64,000 nucleotides of DNA, taken from assembly GCA_951406725.2 (NCBI GenBank), contig OX597835.1, positions 12,462,001 to 12,526,000 on the forward strand, in the 5' to 3' direction. Every line of letters starts with the position of its first letter. Position 1 is the stretch's first letter. Of the stretch, positions 1-12,400 are shown piece after piece. The notes under the pieces were generated by a model. It worked only from the letters and a program-made list of their open reading frames with translations. It searched no databases and had not been told where the DNA came from. Source of the DNA: Octopus vulgaris (lineage: Eukaryota). The translations under genes were made by a program, and so were the position numbers.

Positions 1-372
1 CAAGGACAGACAAACGGATTAAGTCGATTACATCGACCCCAGTGCGTAACTGGTACTTAATTTATCGACCCCAAAAGGATGAAAGGCAAAGTCGACCTCG
101 ACCGAATTTGAACTCGGAACGTAAAGACAGGCGAAATACCTATTTCTTTACTACCCAGAAGGGGTTAAACACAGAGAGGTCAAACAAGGACAGACAAACG
201 GATTAAGTCGATTACATCGACCCCAGTGCGTAACTGGTACTTAATTTATCGACCCCGAAAGGATGAAAGGCAAAGTCGACCTCGGCGGAATTTGAACTCA
301 GAACGTAATGGCAGACGAAATATGGATACGCATTTCGCCCGGTGTGCTAACGTTTCTGCCAGCTCGCAGCCC
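1..372 (-). mobile_element. tRNA-derived SINE family A (Meta-domain-like core), tandem multimer cut by the window edge
   Basis: Reverse complement of GGCGAGCTGGCAGAA...GAGTTCAAATTCC...GCCTTTCATCCTTTCGGGGTCGATAAATTAAGTACCAG, repeated with ~184 bp period. Confidence 0.8.
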
Positions 373-609
373 TTTTTGTCCAGCATTTTGTCCAGCATGG
401 CAAGGGATCTGCCAGCTCATTAAGGTCAACTGATTCCCTTTCATCAAATACAATCGATGAGATGTAAAGTGAAAATCAGAAAATCATTCCGGTTATCCTC
501 TCTCTTTGCGGATCTTGGATTGTTCACATGCAAACAGGTAACAAACCGTTTAAGCTCTGCCACTACCACTATCATCAGTACCATAACATACATACACACC
601 TATGATCTA

Positions 610-642
<33 letters not shown>

Positions 643-649
<7 letters not shown>

Positions 650-842
650 TCGCCATACTAATATGGCATTCTTATAAAAATAAGAATAAAGCTGTCCGCT
701 TATTAGCTCCATGAGGCCATCGCCTTAAGTTAGCTATTTGATACACAAACTGTATCCATATAACCTTCGAACATGGAGCTAATAAGCGGACAGCTTTATT
801 CTTATTTTTATAAGAATGCCATATTAGTATGGCGATAACTAT
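643..842. repeat. Perfect 71-bp inverted repeat with 58-bp loop, flanked by (TA)n
   Basis: 643-713 is the exact reverse complement of 772-842. Confidence 0.9.
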
Positions 843-2837
843 TAATTTCCAGGAACGCTGCCGTGTTCTCTTTTAGAGAGACTTAGTAATTTTAATATTT
901 CTATTATATATATATATATTTATGTATATATATATATATACCAACAGCGTGATTTATACGATTTTATTCAAAATTTATTAACTCTTGTAAGTCAACAGCT
1001 GTGTGAAATAGTGAATAGAAAACATCATTTGAAGCTATATCAAATTTATGTCTGAAGTTACGCCAACGTTCATCATGGGAGACGTCAAAATTTAGGATTG
1101 AAACACGATAATGCTTATGTTATTTTTTTTACACAGCAACATATAATTGATTCCTAAAAATCGATGCAAAGTTCAGATCCAAGTGATTCCCAATCCAGAT
1201 TACATATGGGAAGAAGATTCTAATTTCTGTTGCTTGGCATCTTGACGACTGAATCATGTTTGGAAAATCCCACAATACCTTCTGAGTAGAGATTGTGAAT
1301 GGGAGCTATCTTTAATTTCGCTACGTCCATGTTTGCTAGAGCATGGAGAGACTCTTCGATTATATTTCCAAAACCAAAGAAAATTCTTTTTTAGTTCTGG
1401 AAACCATCTGCTAACTTTGGAAGATTCCTTGACAGTAATTTTAATACATCTGGCTTCAAATCGGTTGTAATGGCTTGAATCACGATGAAAAATTAAGTAG
1501 AAGAACTATAAGAGTGATTGAAATAAGACAAATCATTCAGGAAAGACGATAGTATGCGGACTCTAACAACTCCTATCCTCTGTGAATTGACCGCTGATTC
1601 ATTGGTGGGGGTGGTGAAGAATCACGTGGACAAATTACTGAATAGGTTTAGTATTTTTAAAGCCTTCGATGGTATAGAATATTATCAATGGGATGAGTGG
1701 TATGAAGAATTCGAAGACGGAGAGGTGTGGGTGTGTGGTAAAATGTGTTTTCCCAACAACAGGTTTCCCGCTTCAGTCCCACAGTGAGGCATTATGGGCT
1801 AGTGTCTTCAAATATGTCCCCGGAACGCAAAAACCTTTGTGAGTAGAATTGGTAGACGGTAGATGAAAGAAACATGTCGTGTGTGAATATTCTAGTAATT
1901 TACAGAAAAACAAATGACGCAGACATGTGTATGAACAACAAGCCGGTGTATCATTTTGGCGCTCTGAAAAGTGAGAAAGTCTTTTATGTTTCGAGCCAAA
2001 GCTCTTCAACAGAAAGGAATAAGAGAAATTTTTTTTAAATATGTGTATTTAGTAACCAAGCATATATATGTAATAAAGCGAAATAGAACCAGTGTGTGTT
2101 TTATTAGTATAGTGAGCCTCCCAACATACAAGTCTATGATGTTTGTAAAATTGAAGAATTATTCTCTTTTCTCTTCATTGATGTGGACCCTACTCCGTCA
2201 TGGGTTGGAGATTTGCCCTTCATACTGTAAAAGATCCCTATCCCTTGGTTAGATAATAGAGCATCATTCTTGATTGTGGAATTGCTATTGGTGATTGTGT
2301 GTATATGTTTAGCCCAGAATCCTCAAATGGAGAAACCCTGGAATGTTTTGCAATTTTCACTGTATCAGTAATCGATTGTATTTTGTAAAATATGAATCAG
2401 TCTGTGTGCATGTATATATGTATGTAGGTTGGTAGGTAGGTAGGTACATATGTATGTACGTAGGTTGGTAGGTAGGTAGGTACATATGTATGTACGTAGA
2501 GTTGTAGGTAAGTAGTAAAATAGATTTTCACTGTTATGCTTGAGACATTTATCTACATGGAGTACAAATCATAAAATAAATAAGAAATATATATATATAT
2601 ATATAATAAAAGAATGTTATGTAATGTCTTATCTCGACAGCTGTTTCAAGAAGCCAAACTTACCTAATAACTATATTCCTAGGTAACATGTGCATGATGT
2701 CATAGGTGTGCAACGAGCGACAAGTACAAATGAAATCTTTAATTAAATTTGGCCTCCCTGTTCAAGTAGTAAATGTATGTATGTATGTATGCATGTATGT
2801 ACATACATACATACGTATGTACGAACAGATGGATGTG

Positions 2838-3343
2838 GAGGCGCAATGGCCCAGTGGTTAGGGCAGCGGACTCGTGATCGTAGGATCGTGGTTTCGATTC
2901 CCAGACCGAGCATTGTGAGAGTTTATTGAGCAAAAACACCTAAAGCTCTACGAGGCTCCGGCACGGGTTGGTGGTGAACCCTGCTGTATTCTTTCACCTC
3001 AACTTTCTCTCACTCTTTCTTCCTGTTCCTGTTGTACCCGTATATCAAAGGGCCAGCCTTGTCACACTCTGTGTCATGCTGAATCTCCCCGAGAACTACG
3101 TTAAGGGTACATGTGTCTGTGGAGTGCTCAGCCACTTGCATGCTAATCAATGAGCTACGACAGCACTAGTGCCAAGCTGAATCAGCCTTTGCCTTTCCCT
3201 TGGATGACATCGGTGACATGGAGAGGGGAGGCTGGTATGCATGGGCGACTGCTGGTCTTCTATAAACAACCTTGCCCACACTGGTGCTTCAGAGGGTAAC
3301 TTTCTAGGTGCAATCCCATGGTCATTCATGACTGAAGGGGGTC
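2838..3343 (+). mobile_element. tRNA-derived SINE family C
   Basis: Head GGAGGCGCAATGGCCCAGTGGTTAGGGCAGCGGACTC with A box and GTTTCGATTCCC B box. Other copies at 14442-14826(+), 20873-21165(+), 46913-47055(+), 50178-50559(-), 51365-51548(-); a related head at 16113-16414(-). Confidence 0.8.
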
Positions 3344-3619
3344 ACAACAACAACAAACAGATGGATAGATGTACACATGTTTGCTCTTCTGTTTCTTTTT
3401 TTCTCAAATTTCCCCCAATGGCAACAGAACCAGTTTTACGATTGCCATAATAACAAACAAGGGTGTCACTCAAAACCCCTTTTCTACACTTCAGCAGGAA
3501 ACTTCGTAAGAACTCTTTGTTTCTTTAAATGACGCTCACCAAGATAACACAAACACTGATACCATATGTTCAGCCTATTCCCTGCTTATACTCTCCTCCT
3601 TTCATCTTTTTAATATATA

Positions 3620-3846
3620 CTCTCTTACTCGTTTTAGTCATTTGACTGTGGCTATGCTGGAGCACTGCCTTTAGTCAAGCAAATCAACCCCAGGACTTAT
3701 TCTTTGTAAGCCTAGTACTTATTCTATCGGTCTCTTTTGCCGAACTGCTAAGTTATGGGGATGTAAACACACCGACATCAGTTGTCAAGCGATGTTTGGA
3801 GGGACAAACACAGATACACAAACACACGCACGCACACACACACACA

Positions 3847-3911
<65 letters not shown>

Positions 3912-4088
3912 AAACACATACACGACAGGCTTCTTTCAGTTTCCGTCTACCAAATCCACTCACAAGGCTTTGATCGGCCCTGAGGCTATAGTAGAAGACA
4001 CTTGCCCAAGGTGCCACACAGTGGGACTGAACCCGGAACCATGTGGCTGGTAAGCAAACTACTTACCACACAGCCACTCCTACGCCTA
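3620..4088 (-). mobile_element. SINE family B with internal (CA/TA)n tract
   Basis: Reverse complement of GGCGTAGGAGTGGCTGTGTGG...GATTTGGTAGACGGAAACTGAAAGAAGCC. Other copies at 6885-7310(-), 12335-12570(-), 22410-22710(-), 26290-26570(+), 54902-55335(+), 62945-63355(-). Confidence 0.8.
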
Positions 4089-4596
4089 CATAATTACATA
4101 TTAACCAAATATTTTGAACTAGTTTTCACTGCCACGATGAGTTCTTAGGAGCAAAACAGCAGCAATCTTGTTGCAATGCACCTGAGCACCGTATACAGAA
4201 TGATCGATATTATATTATTTTAATCGGTTCTGCTTTTACAATATTTACGTAATGACTCCTCCTAATCAACTCGCAGACTTTTCTATGCAGGCTTACGGTT
4301 CTTCTTGCCTACAAACCAGCTAACCAAACATGCACGGGCACACACACACATACACATGTATTTTACTATTATTATTATTATTCTATGTTTGACTTTTGCT
4401 TTATATTTGTACAAGTTGGCTCCAAGTCTCACCCAGAGACCTCAAGAGACAACAGTTTGGAAGTTCACGTTGTTGTTATGCCTAGGGTGCCATATATTAG
4501 GTTGTTTTTTTTTGGTGTTGTACTAGTGAATGTCTAAGAAAAAAAAAATTGTTTTAAACCTTGAGATTACATAGAAAGTATTTTGCGTAGGATATT

Positions 4597-4599
4597 ATA

Positions 4600-4652
<53 letters not shown>

Positions 4653-4862
4653 GGATGATGATGATGGTGGTGGTGGTGGTGATGATAATGATGATGATGA
4701 TGATGATTTCAAATTTTATCGAACCCCTACAAGGATGAACAGCAAAGTCAACCTCAGCGGAATATAAACTCAAAATGTAAAGACAGACAAAATGCCGCTA
4801 AGCATTTTTGCCTGACATGCTAACACTTCTAGCACCTCAAAGCCTTAATAATAATAATGATG

Positions 4863-4921
<59 letters not shown>

Positions 4922-4940
4922 TAATAATAATAATAATGAC

Positions 4941-4981
<41 letters not shown>

Positions 4982-4993
4982 TGATGATGATGG

Positions 4994-5033
<40 letters not shown>

Positions 5034-5125
5034 AATGATGATCATGATGATGGTGATGGTGGTGGTGATGATCATGATGATGGTGGTGATGATGATGATG
5101 ATAATAACAATAATGATAATAATAA
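4597..5125. repeat. Compound (ATT)n/(AAT)n/(GAT)n microsatellites around a SINE A fragment
   Basis: Direct inspection. Confidence 0.9.
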
Positions 5126-5579
5126 ACCGTGTGAAATTCAACAACCCAGGATCTGATGGCCAGAATATTAAATTTATTTCGCCATTTCTTAAGCTGGTAA
5201 TGTCAACATAGTGGATTAGTAATTCCCTATGAGGTGAGGTTTAAAGGAACACATGTGGTTCGAAAAAGACAGAGTGCGATCAAATGAAGCTAATTCCCTG
5301 AACAGCAAATAGAGTTGGGGCTCTTACAACAGGCAAAATAATTTGTAAACCAACACGGGAAGCATAAAGGAAAGACAAGCAATGGGAAGGTTATTGGAAT
5401 AACAGAAATTGAGGTATGGGAAGATTATCAGAGTTTGTGGATTCTGGTGATGAATAAATAGTTAGGTGAGATCCATGGATACAGCACAAGAGAAATGTGT
5501 TCATTGATTGGATCCCAATAGAATTATAACTAAATTAATGAAATTATTGTCTCACTGAAAGCTTATCTTTAATTCCCAC

Positions 5580-6760
5580 TAAAATATACTTCATAAAGTG
5601 TGGACATGAAGAGAAAATTTCGCTCTTGGTGTTAATACAGTTTCTAGAAATTTGTAGCTGCTTCAAAAAATAAAGTTTTTCAATTAACAATAAGGAGCCA
5701 TCTATTTGATTCCTTAATCCTAGGTTTAATCCTAGAAGGTATCTTTGATTTGCTGTAGTTGTGCCTTGTGTCCTTAAGCCTTCAGATTAATTCTCTGTGG
5801 ATTGTGGTGTCTCATCTTGGAGTACCTAAAGGAAAAAAGATGACTGTTGTATCTGAATTTGAATTTTCCTTCCACAGATCCTATATAGTGCTCAGGTTCT
5901 GTTTGGCAGGTATTGTAGTTTGCCATATTTATGCCTTTTGAATAGCAGATGATATATCAATGCCTGTTCTGGAGGTTCAAAAGGTTTGAGACATTGGTTA
6001 ACTGTTGATATAGGCCTTCATGTTAGGGACACAGGGTTACGTAATTTTATCCATGTCAATTAAATATTCTATTATACCTATGGTTGTGGGGAAAGTGTTT
6101 ATCTAATAAAAGTAGGAATTTTTACCTGTATTTGTCTTAACATTTAGGGAGAGGAACAGCATGAACCACAGGATTTTGAGGGACCAACTCCTACATCTAG
6201 ATCATTGAGCAAGAGGTAGGAATTAATTCCTACAGGGATAGGAATTAAATTCTTAAATATAATAGGGCCGCACCAAGAGCATTTATTAATATATTTTTGA
6301 TTTTCATTGAGCTTATAGGAAAGGTTTATAGGAATTAGCTTTCAGATTTAACCCTTTAGTGTTCGCATTATTCTGCCAAAATTAATGCTTTTTCATCCAC
6401 TTTGTTTTGAACTAATCAAACATTATCTTGTAACTATGAGAATTTGATGAGGTAGCTGTTAATTTTTAAAATGATATTGTAGGGTTGGTGTGAGAGACCA
6501 GATTTGGCCAATTTGAACATAAAACAGGCAGAATACTTTTGGCTGGATATGGCCGGTTTAAATGCTAAAGGGTTAAGAAGACCCAAAAGAAGTTGGATCT
6601 ATTTAGATTAGTGTCAATCGAAATTCTAAGTCCTAAATAACTATAGTCTTTGGAAGTCTTTCCAGAACAGCTTCTGCCTTGTTTGATAAATGTCCATTCG
6701 CTGGAATATTCAGCATGAAATTTACACTTACGTTTTGGCATCAAGAGATGGATAGATTAG
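5580..6760 (-). mobile_element. Decayed Penelope-like retroelement (RT C-terminus + GIY-YIG endonuclease), interrupted by a MITE
   Basis: Minus-strand peptides LGLRISIDTNLNRSNFLGL (~6580-6640), EHYIGSVEGKFKFRYNSHLFSF (~5825-5895) and INTKSEIFSSCPHFMKY (~5585-5635) occur in the order expected for a PLE ORF; stops and frameshifts present. Confidence 0.75.
6348..6576. mobile_element. TTAA-flanked MITE family 1 (piggyBac-like ends)
   Basis: TTAA-CCCTTTAG...CTAAAGGG-TTAA; further copies at 30797-31023, ~31835-32335 (SINE-interrupted) and around the 17.2-19.6 kb array. Confidence 0.75.
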
Positions 6761-7545
6761 TCTTAAAGTTAGGAGGAAAAACAAAAAAAAAAAAGAACCG
6801 TGGCAAGTAGTAACAACACACTTTGTTGATAGTATCAATTTGCAAACGGGTCAGTTTTGTGTAAATTTCTAGCAACACTAGTTTCCTCTCTTTTACTCTT
6901 TTACTTGTTTCAGTCATTTGACTGTGGCCATGATGGAGCACCGCCTTTAATCGAGCAACTCGACCCCGGGACTTATTCTTTTGTAAGCCCAGTAGTACTT
7001 ATTTTATCGGTCTCTTTTGCCGAACCGCTAAGTAACTTTGACATAAACACACCAGCATCGGTTGTCAAGCAATGCTAGGGGGACAAACACAGACACACAA
7101 ACACACACACGCATATATATATATATATATACGTATATATATATACATATATATGACGGGCTTCTTTCAGTTTCCATCTACCAAATCCACTCACAAGGCT
7201 TTGGTCGGCCTGAGGCTATAGTAGAAGACACTTGCCCAAGGTGCCACGCAGTCTGAACCCGGAACCATGGTTGGTAAGCAAGCTACTTACCACACAGCCA
7301 CTCCTCCTCCTCATTACATTTAGGTTATTTTCATCAAAGAGAATATGAAAAAAGAAAGCATAAGTATTTATAAAGTTACAACTAAGAACCGTAAGAAGGC
7401 AGTAAAAAATACTATTACGAGATTTGAAAATGAACTAAATACGGGACATTTGGGGGTGTCCCTGAAAGGTCTGTATGGGACAGGGGACAAAATTATCGAA
7501 TATGGGACATGACCCTTCTATAAGGGACGTCTGGCAAACATATTC

Positions 7546-7972
7546 GGATCTTTTCAGTTTGAACGGCAGTTTTTTAAAATAATTTTCACGTAACTAAACA
7601 CTTTTAAACTTCGTATACTGGTAGAATGTGTTTATAAAACATCTTTTTCTCTTGGCTTTATTGAGAAAATTCTATAGTTTGTAAGATATTTGTTGTTTTT
7701 TTCTTCAATTCCTGCAATTTCAACCAATCAATGACGTCTATTGAGCTGAAAACATTCTGTGCCGTATGAAAATGTCACTTGTTTAAGAAACAGATTGGGT
7801 TTATTTACATTTGTGAAGAAAAAAAGATACCCTTCCCCCCACCCTTAACTCTAACCCTAACCCTAACCCTAAAACAGATTGAAATGTAATAGATCGATAC
7901 TAGGGTCATAATTATGGGTGACCATTTCATATGACACCGTTAGAAAAATTGCCGTTCAAACCGAAAAGATCC
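7546..7972. mobile_element. MITE with ~29-bp TIRs and internal telomeric repeats
   Basis: GGATCTTTTCAGTTTGAACGGCAGTTTTT / AAAAATTGCCGTTCAAACCGAAAAGATCC; flanking direct repeat CATATTC; (CCCTAA)3 at 7855-7872; partial second copy from 8220. Confidence 0.8.
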
Positions 7973-8036
7973 CATATTCTATAGGAATATCTGGGAAGGG
8001 AACTGTGTAAATAAAATGAAAGAAAAGATTTATGAG

Positions 8037-8039
<3 letters not shown>

Positions 8040-8120
<81 letters not shown>

Positions 8121-8797
8121 TGGAGGAGAGGGAGAGAGAAAGAGGGATTCAAAGATTTTAAGAGAAAGAAAAGGATTAGAACGAAAGGGTGCAGGATAGG
8201 CAAAGAGTGGGAGAGAGACGGGATCTTTTCTTTTTGAAGGCCAGATTTCAACATAATTTCTAGTTAACTAAACACTTTAAAACTTCGTATACTGGTAGAA
8301 TGTGTCAAAAGAAAACATTATTTTCACTTGGCTTTCTTGATAAATTTGTAATTCGTTTGTTTAACGGGTTATGCAAGAACATGAGAGAAAAAAATAGATA
8401 GAGAGATGATTAGGAAAAGAGAGATAATGAGGGAAGAAGAGACAGATTAAAAGAAAGTGTAAGACCGAAAAACAGAGAGAAGGAATGAAAGTATATATAA
8501 GAACGATAGATATATATAAGAAAGATAGATAGACGGATGGATGGATGGATAAATAGATAGATAGATAGATAAGTTTCTTTATTGGCCACACAGGGCTGCA
8601 CACAGATGGGACAAGTTACAAGGTAGAGCTTTTCTTTTGTGGGATGAAAAAAAGCAAAAAAAACAAAAAAATAAGTGGCGTAGGTTTTCGATCAAAAGGA
8701 TCGTAAAAGGGAAAAAGAAAAAGAAAAAAAGGGAAAAAAAGAAAAGAAACAAAAGAAAAGAAAAATGAAAAAGGAAGAAAAAAGAGGAAAAAGGGGG

Positions 8798-8848
<51 letters not shown>

Positions 8849-8853
8849 CAGAC

Positions 8854-8900
<47 letters not shown>

Positions 8901-8969
8901 AAGATAGATAGATAGATATATATATATATAGATAGATAGATGGATGGATAGATAGATAGACAGACAGAC

Positions 8970-9052
<83 letters not shown>

Positions 9053-9117
9053 CAGACAGATAGACAGATAGATCGATCGATAGATAGATAGATAGATAGA
9101 CGGATGGATGGATAGAC

Positions 9118-9173
<56 letters not shown>

Positions 9174-9175
9174 TG
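8040..9175. repeat. (GA)n and long (GATA)n microsatellite tracts upstream of TRF exon 1
   Basis: (GA)n 8040-8117; (GATA/GACA)n ~8797-9175. Confidence 0.9.
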
Positions 9176-9320
9176 GTCGATAGAAAGAAAGTAAGAAAGA
9201 TAGCTAGAGCGAAGGAGTGAAAGAGTGTAAAATGAAAGTGGAACTATTTCAATTGGGTTCAATGATTAATGCGTCACCGGTGTTTTGAAATGCGATGTGT
9301 TATGGCGGGGAGTGGTAACA

Positions 9321-9450
9321 ATGGCTGAGGATTGTCCCATGATCGAAAATACGATTCACGGATGGATTACTGGTTATTATTGTGATCGCATCCTCCAGGA
9401 ATGGTCTCACAACTTCGAACCGTGGTCACCGAACCATATCAAACTTGGAA
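9321..9450 (+). CDS. TRF-like exon 1 (TRFH helix 1)
   Basis: [32 protein letters not shown]... aligns by eye to TRF2 [21 protein letters not shown]; donor GTATGT at 9451; phase 1 matches exon 2. Confidence 0.75.
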
Positions 9451-12400
9451 GTATGTTTTTTTATCTTAAAATTTGCTTAAATTTGTGGTGTGTGTGTTTT
9501 GTGTGTGGTGACAGTCAAACGTCAATTCATGGCAGAATCGTTAGCGTGCCGGACAAAATGCTTGATGGCACTTCGTCCGTCGCTACTTTCTGAGTTCAAA
9601 TTCCGCCGAGATCGACCTTGCCTTTCATCCTTTCGGGGGTCGATAAAATAAGTACCAGTTGAACACTGGGGTCGATGTAATCGACTTAATACCTATGTCT
9701 GTCCTTGTTTGTCCCCTCTGTGTTTAGCCCCTTGTGGGTAGTAAAGAAATAGGTATTTCGTCTGCCGCTACGTTCTGAGTTCAAATTCCGCCGAGGTCGA
9801 TTTTGCCTTTCATCCTTTCGGGGTCGATAAATTAAGTACCAGTTACGTACTGGGGTCGATGTAATCGACTTGATACCTATGTCTGTCCTTGTTTGTCCCC
9901 TCTGTGTTTAGCCCCTTGTGGGTAGTAAAGAAATAGGTATTTCGTCTGCCGCTACGTTCTGAGTTCAAATTCCGCCGAGGTCGATTTTGTCTTTCATTCT
10001 TTCGGGGTCGATAAATTAAGTACCAGTTACGCACTGGGGGTCGATGTAATCGACTTGATACCTATGTCTGTCCTTGTTTGTCCCCTCTGTGTTTAGCCCC
10101 TTGTGGGTAGTAAAGAAATAGGTATTTCACCCGTCGCTACATTCTGAGTTCAAATTCCGCCGAGATCGACCTTGCCTTTCATCCTTTCGGGGATCGATAA
10201 AATAAGTACCAGTTGAATACTGGGGTCGATGTAATCGACTCATCTTCCCCCAAGCTGCCCCTGTGACAAAAATTTGAAATAATATTTAGTCTTATTTTTA
10301 TCACTTGCTTTCACTGCACAACCGATCGCACCTCTGTGAACCCTGGGTAGGTGCTGTGGTTTGTTGTGGTGCTCTTATGTTTTACTGTATTGAAAGTGTT
10401 TTACGTAGGATGTGCCCCGGTACTTTGTAGTGCTATTTTCTGTATGCTATATACATTCGTAAGTCCTCGTGTTTTGGTTATTATTATCATTATAAACGCA
10501 GATTTCTGGTCGTTTGTATGTGTTGTGACATGGACTGTCCATTATGACGGGGTAGATGTATGGGTAAGTATAAATGTCCTCTATACACGCACTCAAACAT
10601 GAACAAAATTTCGGGCGTTGTGCCTAGAGAAGAAAAGATTATTGGGAGCTAACTTTATTACGTATGGTGTCTGGTCTACGAAGCAAAGGAGACAACTCTG
10701 AATACAAGAAAAGGACGCCAGTCTTCTAACTGGTGAAATGGTAGAAACGACAAGAATACCTATTTCTTTATTACCCACAAGGGGCTAAACACAGAGGGGA
10801 CAAACAAGGACAGACATATGTATTAAGTCGATTACATCGACTCCAGTGCATAACTGGTATTTAATTTATCGACCCAAAAGGATGAAAGGCAAAGTCAACC
10901 TCAGCGGAATTTGAACTCAGAACGTAGCGACGGGTGAAATACCTATTTCTTTACTACCCACAAGGGGCTAAACACAGAGGGGACAAACAAGGATAGACAT
11001 AGGTATTAAGTCGACTTACATCGACCCCAGTGCGTAACTGGTACTTAATTTATCGACCCCGAAAGGATGAAAGGCAAAGTCGACCTCGGCGGAATTTGAA
11101 CTCAGAACGTAGCGACGGGTGAAATACCTATTTCTTTACTACCCACAAAGGGCTAGACACAGAGGGGACAAACAAGGACAGACATAGGTATTAAGTCGAT
11201 TACATCGACTCCAGTGCGTAACTGGTACTTAATTTATCGACCCCGAAAGGATGAAAGGCAAAGTCGACCTCGGCGGAATTTGAACTCAGAACGTAGCGAC
11301 GGGTGAAATACCTATTTCTTTACTACCCACAAGGGCTAAACACAGAGGGGACAAACAAGGACAGACATAGGTATTAAGTCGATTACATCGACCCCAGTGC
11401 GTAACTGGTACTTAATTTATCGACCCCAAAAGGATGAAAGGCAAAGTTGACCTCGGCGGAATTTGAACTCAGAACGTAACGGCAGACGAAATACCGTAGT
11501 AAAATGGCAACGGTTTTTTATTTCCGTCTTCTCTACGTTCTCAGTTTCAATTCCACGAAGATCGACGTTGTTTTCCGTCGTCTGAGTCCGAGACACTGGT
11601 TTCGTTGTACAACACTTTTGGATTTTGAGGTGAACCTGGTTTTTTTTTTGTTTGTTTCAGCTTACATCGACTCACTGACCGGTGTGACATGCTTGAACAA
11701 GGAGCTGCAGTACAAACTGGAACTTATCTGTTGGTTGCCAAAATTGTTTAGACTGCAGAAGCAAGAGAATGAAGAATCTTTCTTGGAAATCATTCGGAGT
11801 ATGGATGCAATTAAAGATTTTTATCCCGAATCCTTGTTGGAAGAGACAACTGAATTTTTTTCACAGCTCAAGAAACAAGTGAGTATTTATGTGTCTTTGC
11901 GTTTGTGTATGTGTGATTGTGTGATTCTGTGTGTGTGTGTATGTGTGTGTGTGTATGGAGTGCAGACAGAGCCAAATGATTAGATAATTCTCTAAGTACT
12001 CTTGAGCTCCTGGGTTCAGTCCCACTGTACAGCACCTTGGCAAATTGTCTTCTGTTATAACATTGCATCCATCCAAGTCTCGTCAGTGAAGTTAGGTACA
12101 TGGAAACCGTGTGGAAGCCTATGGAACAGACTATAACTGTAATTCATAAATGTGGCCTTGTCACACACCGTGCGTCATGCACGTTCTGCCTGAAGATTAC
12201 GGTAAGCATTTGAATGTCTGTAGAATTGTCAGCCACTTACATTGTAATGCAAGAAATAGGAGATTCCATTCGTCATCCTTTAACATTCACTTCCCCCATG
12301 CTTGCATAGAATTTGTTGAGGCAGATTTTCTTTGGAAGCCTAGTACTTATTCTATTAGTCTCTTTTGCCGAACTGCTAAGTTATGGAGATGTAAACACAC

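Noticed and set aside
10599-10730. Alternative first coding exon for the TRF gene
   Set aside because: All three frames hit stops and there is no suitable donor; 9321-9450 fits TRFH and phase better.
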